The translations under genes were made by a program, and so were the position numbers. Below are positions 20,565-30,601 of a stretch of 64,000 nucleotides of DNA, piece by piece; position 1 is the stretch's first letter, and each line of letters begins with the position of its first letter. Source of the stretch: an uncultured Planctomycetota bacterium (GTDB lineage: Bacteria > Planctomycetota > Planctomycetia > Isosphaerales > Isosphaeraceae); assembly GCA_963823665.1 (NCBI GenBank), contig CAWGMQ010000006.1, forward strand, positions 1,600,001 to 1,664,000. Reading direction: 5' to 3'. A model generated the notes under the pieces. That model was not told where the DNA came from. It did not search any database and was given only the letters and a program-made list of their open reading frames with translations.

Positions 20565-21058
20565 AATCCCGAATATCTATCGGGTGCTTATGGGTTTGCA
20601 GCCTCAAAAACATGGGGAAAATCGGGGTCGAGTAGCTTCTGAGGAACCTGGACGGTGACGATGCGAATAAAATCGAAACAACAGCCGAGGCCCGAGGCGC
20701 CGACGCCGGACCCGCGCGGGGACTTCGGGCCACGTTGTGACGACTGTCAGGCAGTGACGACTATTCGGGCCAGCGACGCCGGACCGGTCGCGGTGTGTCA
20801 GTGTGGGGCGGTGAAAGCCCTGCGGCGGCGGGGTGGGTTGCGTCGTCCAGACGCCTCGCCATGAGGCCCGAGGCGCTTCGGTCGAGGGATTCGGCGGGCG
20901 CGCTATCGCATCGCAGGGGATTGGGACATTTGTCGTTCGCGGTGTTATACTAATGAGCAGTGTGCGCCCAGATAGGCGGTTGCAAAATTTGCCGAGTCAC
21001 GTAACATCACTTAGGGTCTAACGAAGTTGTTTCTAACTAATCTATTCGGAGTGCCTCG

Positions 21059-21727
21059 ATGTCGAAAGACTCCGACTTATTCGGTGTTGTCGTAATCGGG
21101 GCAATGAACCCGCGAATTCATCATCCGGCGTGGTACCAGTTGGTAAAACTGATTAGCGGCCAAGAAGCAGAACATGCCACCCAAACGCAGCCAGTCGTGT
21201 GTACTCCAGCGTATTCCCAATTCGGACTGGGCGAGATCGATATCAAGTGTCTACCCGACCGATGGGACATAACAACCCGATCGAGCGCGAACATCGATCG
21301 AATCCGCGAAATCGCACAACGGCTGTTCGACGATGTGCTCCTGCACACTCCGGTAAACATCGTGGCGCTAAATTTCGAGTACGTCCGTCAGGTTTCCGGT
21401 GCAAACGCAACGGAGATTATCGCTCGGAAGTTGAACGTCGCGGCCGGGGAGTTGGGCCTGGGCAATGCGGAGGCGGGTGATCTTTTTCTAAAGCGAGCCC
21501 TTGTGACGAACGAATCCGTGCAAGGAATCGCGACTGTCATAGTACGGACTGCGGACAGCTCGGATATGTTCGGGCTTTCTTGCAATTATCAATATACGAT
21601 AAGGCTTAGCGACGGACTGTTTCGGTTCGACGCGTTTCTGCCCGAATATGCACAGCGTGACCGAGTTGACGCGGAACAATCACTAGCGCGACTGACATCC
21701 GCGATAGCTTCCGCGCGAAAGGACTAA
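21059..21727 (+). CDS. Cargo gene 1, hypothetical (TIGR04255-like by pattern)
   Basis: VVVIGAMNPRIHHPAWY...LLHTPVNIVALNF; GGAG RBS; more AT-rich than host genes. Confidence 0.8.
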   Translation: MSKDSDLFGVVVIGAMNPRIHHPAWYQLVKLISGQEAEHATQTQPVVCTPAYSQFGLGEIDIKCLPDRWDITTRSSANIDRIREIAQRLFDDVLLHTPVNIVALNFEYVRQVSGANATEIIARKLNVAAGELGLGNAEAGDLFLKRALVTNESVQGIATVIVRTADSSDMFGLSCNYQYTIRLSDGLFRFDAFLPEYAQRDRVDAEQSLARLTSAIASARKD

Positions 21728-21730
21728 CCC

Positions 21731-22336
21731 GTGGCCATTGCGATCCAAATGCCGACATCTTTGAAGAACGAAAATCTTTTCGCCGAAACAATGGATACTT
21801 GGCAGTCAATCGAGACGGCTCTCGTGGACTGCTGGCGCATGTTCGGCGGCGCTCCAGTCTCGCCAGCGATCTCGGTGCAGGGAGCGCTGGAACGGAGCGC
21901 GGACCAAGCCCAAATCCTCCACGACCACGCCTTACGTTTGTCCGGTAGGCTTATGGTTCACAAACAATTGGAGCGAGTGCGGCGACTGCGGCAAAACTGG
22001 GACGGCGACGGTGCCGATCCGATCAACCCGGCGATCATCGCAACAGCCAGCCGATTCCTTGCTAAGTTCGGAGACAGCTTTCGCACTTCGCCGCGCGTCG
22101 TTCCAATGACAATGGGTCGAGTTCAATTGGAATGGCATCGGGGCAACCGTTCGCTGGAAATCGAATTTGAGACGCCTGAACTTGTACACTATCTGAAGTG
22201 GGATAGCGACGAGGCCATCGAAGAGGAAGAACTTATCCCTGCTTCGTCGGAAGTCGCTATTAGAAATCTACTGTTGTGGTTCTCCTCGGAGAAGAGGAAT
22301 GCCGATCCCGCCGGACGCAGGTCCACAAGTGCCTGA
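21731..22336 (+). CDS. Cargo gene 2, hypothetical (NWDG.GA.PI...GRVQLEW type)
   Basis: 3 nt after gene 1; LRQNWDGDGADPINP...PMTMGRVQLEWHRGNRSLEIEF. Confidence 0.8.
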   Translation: MAIAIQMPTSLKNENLFAETMDTWQSIETALVDCWRMFGGAPVSPAISVQGALERSADQAQILHDHALRLSGRLMVHKQLERVRRLRQNWDGDGADPINPAIIATASRFLAKFGDSFRTSPRVVPMTMGRVQLEWHRGNRSLEIEFETPELVHYLKWDSDEAIEEEELIPASSEVAIRNLLLWFSSEKRNADPAGRRSTSA

Positions 22337-22700
22337 TTTCGAGAATGTACTTAGAGGAATAGTCGACGAAATGCAATGGGATTGTGAAAGCGACTGTCCC
22401 TCGAGCGCTGCCTTCGATAAGGCGATATTCTCTGTGGATCGAAGCGCGCTTACTACGCCGCCGGAAACTGTCGCCAGACTTCGCTCGTTTGGCATGTCAG
22501 TTCTAGCCTTGGTGGAGTTCAACTGTGGAGAGGCGAGGAAACATGGTTTTGATACGCGGGACGAGCGCGACGATGTGGCTCCTGATAACGCCGCGCACGC
22601 GCATGTCTACAATTTGTGGTACACCGAAGAGTCAACCAAAGCCGGGCGCAAGAAAAAAGCCAGAAAAATGAAGGATATCTGCTCAAAAGTGACGTTCTGA
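22299..22700 (+). CDS. Cargo gene 3, putative ADP-ribosyltransferase-fold toxin
   Basis: VLRG...PSSAAF...FSVD...NAAHAHV pattern; overlaps gene 2 by 38 nt. Confidence 0.65.
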   Translation: MPIPPDAGPQVPDFENVLRGIVDEMQWDCESDCPSSAAFDKAIFSVDRSALTTPPETVARLRSFGMSVLALVEFNCGEARKHGFDTRDERDDVAPDNAAHAHVYNLWYTEESTKAGRKKKARKMKDICSKVTF

Positions 22701-22819
22701 TGACTGCCAAGGCGTTTCGCGCTTCCCACTGCGCCCGCTCAATCGCAATCGAACCATCGGGCGCAAAGAACCGGCTGCAAGATCCCAGTGGGAAGGTATG
22801 GTCCGCGCCGAGCTCATGG

Positions 22820-23029
22820 CTACGGATCGGGCTCGAGCACAACCGTCCCGTCCGCTCGTTCGATCGCGATACCCCAGCGGCGCGAGGTGTGACCAGACGG
22901 GAGCGGATCTCCGCTTATCTCGTCCACGTGGTAACGACCCGGCTCGCTCGAGCGAATCGCGGGCTCAAGCTGGTCGATGGTATCGACGTCGACGATGGGC
23001 TCTTGTCCGTTCTGGGTGATTCTGAACAT
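22820..23029 (-). CDS. Small hypothetical protein
   Basis: 69-aa ORF, PGRYHVDEI..DPLPSGHTSRRWG. Confidence 0.6.
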   Translation of the reverse strand: MFRITQNGQEPIVDVDTIDQLEPAIRSSEPGRYHVDEISGDPLPSGHTSRRWGIAIERADGTVVLEPDP

Positions 23030-23057
23030 CGGCGTTCTATTACTGAAAGACCATGTC

Positions 23058-23342
23058 TCAGCCTCGGAACCGGGAGAAGCCTCGCCAATGAACCGCTACC
23101 GAGATAATCCAGCACACCACGAAAAAGACCGGCATCCATGCTAATATATAACCGCGCCGGGGGGCCTCGCCCGTCATGGTGTGGATGGCGTCCCAACCGC
23201 AAATGGTCCAAAAGATAGCTGTTACCAGGCCTACGAGTGAAATGCCTGCTTTGAGTGGTTCCGTGTTAGCGGCTCCTAGAGCGGCGACAAGTATCGTGGC
23301 CGCAAGCAAGAAAATCTCGGAGAGTTTGAATAGATCGTCCAA
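23058..23342 (-). CDS. Small three-TM membrane protein
   Basis: Three hydrophobic segments; AAGGAG RBS before a TTG start. Confidence 0.65.
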   Translation of the reverse strand: MDDLFKLSEIFLLAATILVAALGAANTEPLKAGISLVGLVTAIFWTICGWDAIHTMTGEAPRRGYILAWMPVFFVVCWIISVAVHWRGFSRFRG

Positions 23343-23454
23343 TTCGGGCTCCTTGATTGAGCGAAAGTTCGTCGAGTCCCGATGCCGTAGTCAATATGCG
23401 GGTGGGCGAGCGTAATCACAAGACGGTAGCAGTGCAAAAAGAAAAGTTGATTGC

Positions 23455-23547
23455 CACCTGAAGAACCTGCCGGTCGCGAAGGAGCGGATGTACCTGGCGG
23501 GGTTAAGGCTGGCGAGGGTCCTCAACGAGGCGTTGGCCGATGAGTGA
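23455..23547 (+). pseudogene. 3' remnant of an S1/P1 nuclease gene
   Basis: Translates HLKNLPVAKERMYLAGLRLARVLNEALADE*, aligning with HLPVVRKRLYQASIRLALTLNEVFPDE* of ORF 31653-32498. Confidence 0.65.
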
Positions 23548-23569
23548 TCAAGATGGCGCACGGGGTGGG

Positions 23570-24135
23570 TTACTGTCGACCAGCAGGGGAGATGACCCCG
23601 AAGAATAATATCAGGATGAACACGACCGGCACGGCAAAGGCGAGCCCCAAAAGTATCGCCTGCTGCAGATCAGGTAGGACCTGGAACCAGGCCCACGGGC
23701 CGGGCTGAATGCCTCTTGCGAGATAGACGGTGTTTTGTCTGGCGCACCGACTTTTGTATCGTAGGACAACTGACTGCCAGCATGACACAGTGCGCTTCCA
23801 GCATGACACGGCGCATGCCGCTATCGCCTTAGCGAATCGCCGCACTTGTTCGCGCTGCGCTTTATCTCGCGCCTAGTCGCCTCTGCGGACGCCGTTGAAG
23901 ATTGGACGAGGTTATATCCGCAAGATCGGCAGTGCGTTCGCGATCCCTTCAGGGAGATCTGCCTGCCGCAAACGGGGCAGTAGGGAAGTCCGTTCCTCCA
24001 GACCGCGTTCTGACTTTTGTTGATCGCTTGTATCACCGCGATGACGCAAGCTGCCAGCGAAAGCAGTACCACGATCAGAGCGACGACGGGGTTCTCTTGG
24101 TGCTTCGCGGCGAACAAGACCACGCTTGTCAACAT
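23570..24135 (-). CDS. Membrane protein with zinc ribbon (frameshift near 23850)
   Basis: TM, CPVC..CRSC, then a C-terminal TM in ORF 23570-23845. Confidence 0.55.
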
Positions 24136-24594
24136 CGTGGTTCTCCAACCGGGGCTGGCGGCCCGCAATCGCTTACAGGACGGCTTGAGGCAAGCATGGG
24201 ATGCCCGGGCCGCTACCTGGCAGGCCAACGCCCGGGCTGGCGGGGTTCATGATCGCGCCAGCGCGAGAGTGAAGTACCTTCGAGCGCGACGGCGCACCAA
24301 TCCGGCCGAGCACCTTAGGATCCGCCTGGCTCCGCGGGCCGGACGGTATCTAGTTTCGCTGAGCGGAAGGGGCATCGCAAGCGGGTGGAGTTGTCACGCC
24401 CGAGGCCCTATACGCTCGCCAGGGGCGTCCGCGGTGCTCTGGACGTGGAAAGCGTCGGCCAGGCGCTCTGAATCGCTGTCAAAGGGCTATGGATGGCTGG
24501 ACGCCCGGACTTCGCTCACGTGAACCCCATCCGCTCACCTAAGGATTCGTACGCCTTGCGATGGGCTTCGACGTATAGCTCAGTTTGGTGAGCG

Positions 24595-24846
24595 TCATAT
24601 CCGGTTCTCGTCAGCTTGTTCCTTGGCGAATTCGATTGCCTGGGCCGACAGGACGTCAAACATTTCCCTCTGGGTCTTCCCAAGCAAAGGTGCTGCGAGC
24701 ACGGCCATCTGCCCGTTGAATCGCACTCCGTGAAAAATCTCGTTCAGGAATGCCTCTCGCTGCTCGGGGGTTCCATTCATCCCATTGCGGCGAAACTCGA
24801 ACATCTTTTGTTCCAATTCCCTGCCCAGCGTCCACCAATTCATCAT
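24595..24846 (-). CDS. Hypothetical protein
   Basis: AAGGAGGA RBS; 83-aa helical ORF. Confidence 0.65.
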   Translation of the reverse strand: MMNWWTLGRELEQKMFEFRRNGMNGTPEQREAFLNEIFHGVRFNGQMAVLAAPLLGKTQREMFDVLSAQAIEFAKEQADENRI

Positions 24847-25041
24847 TCCTCCTTGCGGTGCATCCCGCGGATGACGGCGGCGCTAATCAATCGGGGTAAC
24901 TACCCTAAAACCCTACCGATTACCCAATAATATCGCAAATGAGAGCAGTTTCGGGGTAGTATTGCAAATGGGCGAAAACTACGGTATTATGCTGCATTTA
25001 TAGGGTATTTCGATTCTGACTCACAGGGGTTTCGGGGTTCT

Positions 25042-25085
25042 TTGGGGTGCAAGAGGTCACCGGTTCAAATCCGGTCGCCCCGATT
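25042..25085 (+). repeat. attR core, 44-bp direct repeat
   Basis: Identical to 9823-9866. Confidence 0.96.
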
Positions 25086-25538
25086 TTTGACGGCTGTGCG
25101 GACAGCGTTAGAGCCGAGAACGCTGTTCGCAGGCCGAAAATGAAGCAGAGCCGCTCTCGTGCAGTCGACTTCCCACGCCTTAGCATTCAAATACGTGACG
25201 TTGCTTCCTGCTCCCAGCAGAAACCTACGACACGAACGGTGAATTGACCACCCGTCACGACTGGATTGCCAATTTGGTAATCGGGGGGCGTTCATAACCA
25301 ACGCCTGTTGGCGTTCGCCCGTTTCGATCGCGCGATCGCCACCGGGAACCCGGGCATCGATCGCTCGCCGAGGCTTTCTAGCGGGCCTCGCCGCGCGACC
25401 GGAGGACTCACGAGCCCCATTGGCTCAGCAACTGTGGAACCTAAGTGCAGCCGCCTAAGGAGGATCGCCTCCGCGCAGTTTGGAGGTGTGACTGCAATGC
25501 CGTGCTTCCACAGCGGGCGGCGAGTTTCGTCACGCACT

Positions 25539-26342
25539 TCAGTATGCGCCGTGCCGCATCAGGACGACGAAGAAGGTCTTACCGATGATCACCAAGTCTC
25601 CGCCAATTGACCAGTTTTCCGCGTATTCGAGGTCGAGTTCCACCATGCGCTGGTAGTCGACTTCGCTGCGCCCGCCTACCTGCCAGGGCCCCGTCAGCCC
25701 CGGCATCACCTCGAGGCGGCGCGCGTAAGCCTCGGGATCGCAGGCCAAGAGTTTTTCGCTGTCCCTGAGTTGAAGCGGACGTGGACCAACCAAACTCATC
25801 TCACCCCACAGGACGTTGAACAACTGGGGAAGCTCATCGAGACTGTGGCGACGCAAGAATTGTCCCAACCGGGTGACGCGAGGATCATTACGGAGCTTGA
25901 AGAGAACGCCTCCGGCGGATTCGTTGCTCTCTTCCAGTTCACCCAAGCGTTGCTCGGCGTCGGTGGTCATGGTTCGGAATTTGATCACGCGGAAAAGCCG
26001 TCCGCGATACCCTCGCCGCAACTGGCGGAACAGCACGGGGCCGCGGTTCTCGAGGCGAATCAGCAAAGCGATGAATAGAATCCCTGGTGCGAGCAGAATA
26101 AGACCCACCAGAGCGCCCGAAATATCCACGGAGCGCTTTACGAGCCAGCGTAGACTGACATCGTTGAGCGAGCCCCGACTTTGCAATTGATCGGGAACCA
26201 CGGCGAGCAATTGCCCGTCGTCTTGGACACAGGCCGAGTCATTCATGGCGGTCGAGCTTGAGCGAGGTCTTGACGGGGAAAGAAAGTGACTCATCGGGGC
26301 AGACTCTCCGAGGAGGATCGGCGAGAGCAAGTTCATTTTCAA
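25539..26342 (-). CDS. Bacterial sugar transferase (priming glycosyltransferase); start uncertain
   Basis: KRSVDI, KFRTM, DPRVTRLGQFLRRHSLDELPQLFNVLWGEMSLVGPRP, PGLTG.WQV. Confidence 0.93.
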   Translation of the reverse strand: MKMNLLSPILLGESAPMSHFLSPSRPRSSSTAMNDSACVQDDGQLLAVVPDQLQSRGSLNDVSLRWLVKRSVDISGALVGLILLAPGILFIALLIRLENRGPVLFRQLRRGYRGRLFRVIKFRTMTTDAEQRLGELEESNESAGGVLFKLRNDPRVTRLGQFLRRHSLDELPQLFNVLWGEMSLVGPRPLQLRDSEKLLACDPEAYARRLEVMPGLTGPWQVGGRSEVDYQRMVELDLEYAENWSIGGDLVIIGKTFFVVLMRHGAY

Positions 26343-26661
26343 GTAGACAAACGCGTTGGATTTGAAACACGCAGGAACTGCTTACTCAAGTTAACATGTA
26401 ACATCGAATTCCATGCGCGGGAGAGCAACACGGATCGCAGGTTAACACCCGGTCGTTGTGTAGTCAATCGTTTAGAGTTTTCGAGGCTGCGGTTTGTTGC
26501 TTTTTGGAATCAACGCTGCGCGATTGGCACTTCTTTTTGGAAAGAAACGAGTGTTTTTGCACCGTTCATTCGCCCAGAATCGAGCAATGACTCGAACCCA
26601 GGAATCGTGGTTGACCCGCCACGTCGTCGCAACCGCGTTCAAGCTTGTTCCTCGGGGAAAC

Positions 26662-27764
26662 TCAAACGCCAGGCACGGCGTAGCTCGTCGGCGGTTGCGG
26701 TGCTAAAGATTCGTCAAGGGGCATGAGCGGACTTTCTAAAAGACCGGCCCCGAGACACCGCATGACCTCGGCGGCTTGGTATTGATACCCTTGACCGTGG
26801 CCGAAGTGGTTCAGAGTCCTCGTGTCGCGGCGCAAGCGTTCCAGCGTTGGACGCCCGACCGTCTCAAAGACTCGCCGAAACAGCGCGTTCCACCGCATTA
26901 GGCCCTTCCAACCGGCTGATTGGATGCCTGCATGAGTGGTTAATCCAGTAGGCTCTGTGAAGAAATTCAGAGAGACGCGATGGGGTGCATAAAACGGTTC
27001 GTGAATGCGAATTTGCCCGATCGTGCCGATGATCCGAGCCTCGTTTCGCAGACGGCTGCGCAACCAGGCCGTCAGCACGGCCTGCGCGGCGCTTGGAAAC
27101 GTCAAGATCAACGAGTCCTGTTCATCCACGCCGGTTGGGCCGATGGCGGCCCGGCCGACCGTTTCCTGGGGTGGTCCGAGCAGGAAATACGCGAGGGAGA
27201 GCAGATACACTCCGCGATCGAGCAAGGCACCTCCCGCCCGGCGGCGATCGAAAAACCGGTTCTCGGGATCGAACGGGGTCGGATAGCCGAACTCGGCGGT
27301 CAACAGGCGGACCGATCCTAGTTCGCCAGACTCCACGATTGAACGGACCTTGTGAATCAAAGGATGAAAACGCATCCACATCGCTTCCATGCAGAAACGG
27401 TTGGACTTCCGAGCCTGTTCGATCACTTCGCGGGCTTGGGCCGCGTTGATCGCGAATGGTTTCTCCACGAGCACAGCTCGTCCGGCGGAGAGGCAGGCCA
27501 CAGCATCATCCCGATGCCGGTTGTGGGGCGTCGCCACGTAGACAACGTCGACCTCGTCATCCGCGGCGAGCTCATTCACGCCCTCGTGGGCACGCTTCGC
27601 GCCGAACTCGCTGGCGAAGAGCTCGCCCGCTCGCGCCGGCGCGATGCGATCGATGTTAGCACCGCGTCCGGAAGCAGCCGCAGGTCCTCGGCGAATGCAC
27701 GTGCGACGGCGCCGGTACCCAGAATGCCCCAGCGCGTGCTCCGGCCGACAGGATCAGATTTCAC
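26662..27764 (-). CDS. Gfo/Idh/MocA oxidoreductase (frameshifted)
   Basis: WGILGTG.VA, VYVATPH, VLVEKP, EAMWMRF, GGALLDRGVY. Confidence 0.88.
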
Positions 27765-27788
27765 AGAGGATGAACTCCAACTCGAGCG

Positions 27789-28920
27789 TCACATTGTCCA
27801 GGGCATCGGATCGACCGGATCGAACGTCGTGGTCATCGCGTAACGGGCGCCAGCCGCCCGGGCATGGTCGATGGCGATGACTATTTCGTTCGTGTGGAGG
27901 CAGTACCGCGGGGAAAGTCTGCACGGGCGAGCTTCACGAATGGACGCTGCAAATTCGCTGACTCCCCGTGCAAAATCCATCTGCTGCGATCCCCGATCGC
28001 GATGCCGTCCGCTCTCAACCCGGCAGAGACGATAGGGCGTCTTGAAGGGAGACATGAACGTCTAGCGGCGAATCGTGATCGGCCGCTGGATCTGCACGGG
28101 CGATCGATAATACCAGCAGTCACGAGTGCTCAGGATCCCCTCATCGCCGATGATTCTCAACGTGTGATCATGAGGAGCGATGATGCTGCACGTCAACCGT
28201 GCCACAAACAACTCCCGTGTCAAACGTGATGCAGGCAACCGAGAAGTCAGGTGCCTCTCTCTCGAGGGCCATATCGGTCTTCTTGTCGGGGACCAGGCAC
28301 GCCGAGAACGCCGTCACCGTGCGCGCCGGACCGAAGAAAGCCGGGAGCCAGGTCAAATAGTACCCGGCGTGCTCGAACGTGCACCCCACCTCGAACTCGT
28401 CTTTGGCCGGCCAGGGAGCCCCCGATGCGCTCTTCCAGTTGCGGTACTGCATACGAAACACCATGCCGTCGTCCATCTCGGCGTAGACCAGCCGGACTGG
28501 TCCCACTCGGCGCTCTCGGAGTGCCTTCCACAAAGTCTGGGCGGTCTCTCCCAGCAAGCTGCAAGGCGCTGAAGCCAGACCGAGGCCGTGCGCCTCGGCC
28601 AGCTCGACCAGCGCTCTGGCTTGGTCGAGTTCCATCGCCAGCGGCTTCTCACTGTAGACGTGCTTGCCGGCTTCCAGGCACGCCCTGTTCACTTCATAGT
28701 GGCTCCTTGGGTTCGTGAGGTTGAGCACCATCTCGACACGCGAATCACTCCGCAGGTCGTCGAGCGAATCGTATTTGAGCGACGAATGTACCGCCGCGAA
28801 TCGCGCGGCCCGGTCAGCATCCCGATCAGCAACCCCCACCAATTTCAACTCGGGATGGCCCGGCATTGTGGCCAGGTAAGAATCGGCGACGAACCCGCAG
28901 CCTACGATCGCGATATTCAT
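27789..28920 (-). CDS. Gfo/Idh/MocA oxidoreductase (frameshifted)
   Basis: IAIVGCGFVA, NLTNPRSH, GKHVYSEKPLA; C-terminus in ORF 27789-28055. Confidence 0.88.
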
Positions 28921-29065
28921 GGGCAAATTCAGATAGCTTGTTCCGGAGAGATCGTCGGCAGAATTCGAATGGGATTCTACTGGCAGCCGTTCCGGCAGTC
29001 CAGGATCTGATTTGCAAGCGGCGACAAGCCCGGGATCACGAGAGGCGCTGCGCCGCGGATGCACG

Positions 29066-29464
29066 TCATGCGGAGCCTTCGAGGTACTTCCTCCAGGGCG
29101 TCCAGTAGTATTTCTCCCAGCCTTCAGTCACTCCGGCGAAGTCGTGGTCGGGCACGTCGAGATGAATCAAGTCGATTCGCCCGCCTGCTGGCGCCCGGGA
29201 GAAACTCAGGATCAGAGTCGAATCACAGTCCTCCGCGCGGAACTGACTTGAACGCCAGGCCTGCACGATCAGCCGAGGCTCGATGACCGCGAGCATCGCT
29301 CCGGTCAACACGCCACCGAACGCCTGAAACTCGCTTCCCGCCTGAGGGCTGATCGTGACGGCAGCGCCGGTGAAGGACGCATGGGCCGCGGGATCCAGGT
29401 ACATCGCAAAGAGCTGCTCGGGTGATGCCTTGAGCACTACGGTCTGGGTGATGATGTTTCGCAT
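29066..29464 (-). CDS. SRPBCC/AHSA1-like domain protein
   Basis: ASPEQLF..YLD, LIVQAWR, EGWEKYYW. Confidence 0.85.
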   Translation of the reverse strand: MRNIITQTVVLKASPEQLFAMYLDPAAHASFTGAAVTISPQAGSEFQAFGGVLTGAMLAVIEPRLIVQAWRSSQFRAEDCDSTLILSFSRAPAGGRIDLIHLDVPDHDFAGVTEGWEKYYWTPWRKYLEGSA

Positions 29465-29599
29465 CGGGATATCCTCGCGAGGAATCGTTGCTCTGGAATG
29501 CGTCCGAGTCGTCGCGCTCGTGTTGTGGGAAACACGCGTCGCGGGGCTCGAGGTGCCGCACATGCAAACCCGCACCGGATTTGCCGCCGTGTTCAATTT

Positions 29600-30532
29600 T
29601 CATCGCTGTGCTGGCGGAGCGTCGAGGAACGCCTTCATGATCGTCGTGAGCACGGGCGAGGCCGGAATGTTGTAGTGCGTGCAGCCGGGAAGAATCGCAA
29701 GTTGAGCCGTCGGTCGTCCCGAGCCATCGAGCCCCGCGTCCTTCTTGCCGCCGCCAAGCAGCCCATAGAATTCCACGATGTGCGCGGGGCTTACCGAATC
29801 CGCATCGGCAAAGACAAGCAAGGTGGGTGCTTCCAGTGCCGCGGCCTCCTTCGACCAGTCGTAGTCTCTCTTCAACAGATCGGCGAGCTTTGTGAACAGG
29901 ACACCCCAGTTGACGCCTGGGTAAAGCTCGAACAGAGGAGATCGCTTCATTCCCTCGGCCGTCGCCGGTCCCATCTTCGCCATCCCGGCGAGAACCTCCG
30001 GGTACCACCCGTCGCGCTTGAACGGTGCAGCGATGATCACAAGCTTGTTCACCAGGTCCGCGTGCGCGATGGCCATTCGGAGGGCCACGCCGCCACCGAG
30101 CGAATAGCCCGCGATATCTGCTTTTTCGATCTTCAGATTCTTGAGAAACGCCGCGATGTCTTCCGCCAGCAGTTCGTATCGCAGCGGGCGATCGATATCG
30201 GCAGTGTGCCCGTGGCCTTGGAGCTCGACAACGATGACTCGGCGAGAATTCGCTAGCGCAGGCAGAACTGGCCGCAACATCTCGATCCCGCCGACACCAC
30301 CGTGCAGCAGGATGAGCGGCTTCCCCTCGCCGTGAATCTCGTAATACATCTTGAGACCGTTCACCAGCGCGTAGGTGCCGTTGTCGTTCTGATTCATCGC
30401 GATACCCTTTCTTGCAGGCGGAGCGTTCGTCGATTCCGAAATGGCCTCGGCCGGCGACTCGCGAGCCTGCCATCCCGGGACGAGAGCGAGCGTGATGAAA
30501 ACAACAAATGATGTACTGTTCAGAATTCTCAT
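29600..30532 (-). CDS. Alpha/beta hydrolase
   Basis: MYYEIHGEGKPLILLHGG, GYSLGG nucleophile elbow, ILPGCTH. Confidence 0.92.
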   Translation of the reverse strand: MRILNSTSFVVFITLALVPGWQARESPAEAISESTNAPPARKGIAMNQNDNGTYALVNGLKMYYEIHGEGKPLILLHGGVGGIEMLRPVLPALANSRRVIVVELQGHGHTADIDRPLRYELLAEDIAAFLKNLKIEKADIAGYSLGGGVALRMAIAHADLVNKLVIIAAPFKRDGWYPEVLAGMAKMGPATAEGMKRSPLFELYPGVNWGVLFTKLADLLKRDYDWSKEAAALEAPTLLVFADADSVSPAHIVEFYGLLGGGKKDAGLDGSGRPTAQLAILPGCTHYNIPASPVLTTIMKAFLDAPPAQR

Positions 30533-30601
30533 TGGTTAGCGGGTCCTTTCTGTCGTTTGTTCGACGGTGATGGAACTGGCTGTTTCACGAAGCGAAAAGT
30601 C

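Larger units (their letters stand above)
9823..25085 (+). mobile_element. tRNA-Pro-integrated PICI-like phage satellite, about 15.2 kb
   Basis: att direct repeats, integrase, DUF1580 HTH, primase-DUF3987, terS and capsid present; no terL, portal or tail ORF recognised. Confidence 0.88.

Noticed and set aside
25042..25085. Second tRNA-Pro gene
   Set aside because: Only the 3' half is present, with no D-arm or 5' acceptor strand; it is the attR duplication
9823..25085. Complete prophage or capsid-forming PICI (cf-PICI)
   Set aside because: No terL, portal, protease, head-tail connector, tail or lysis gene recognised between intact att sites
26524..26541. sigma54 promoter at TTGGCAC
   Set aside because: No GC at the -12 position with correct spacing, and no suitable downstream gene on that strand
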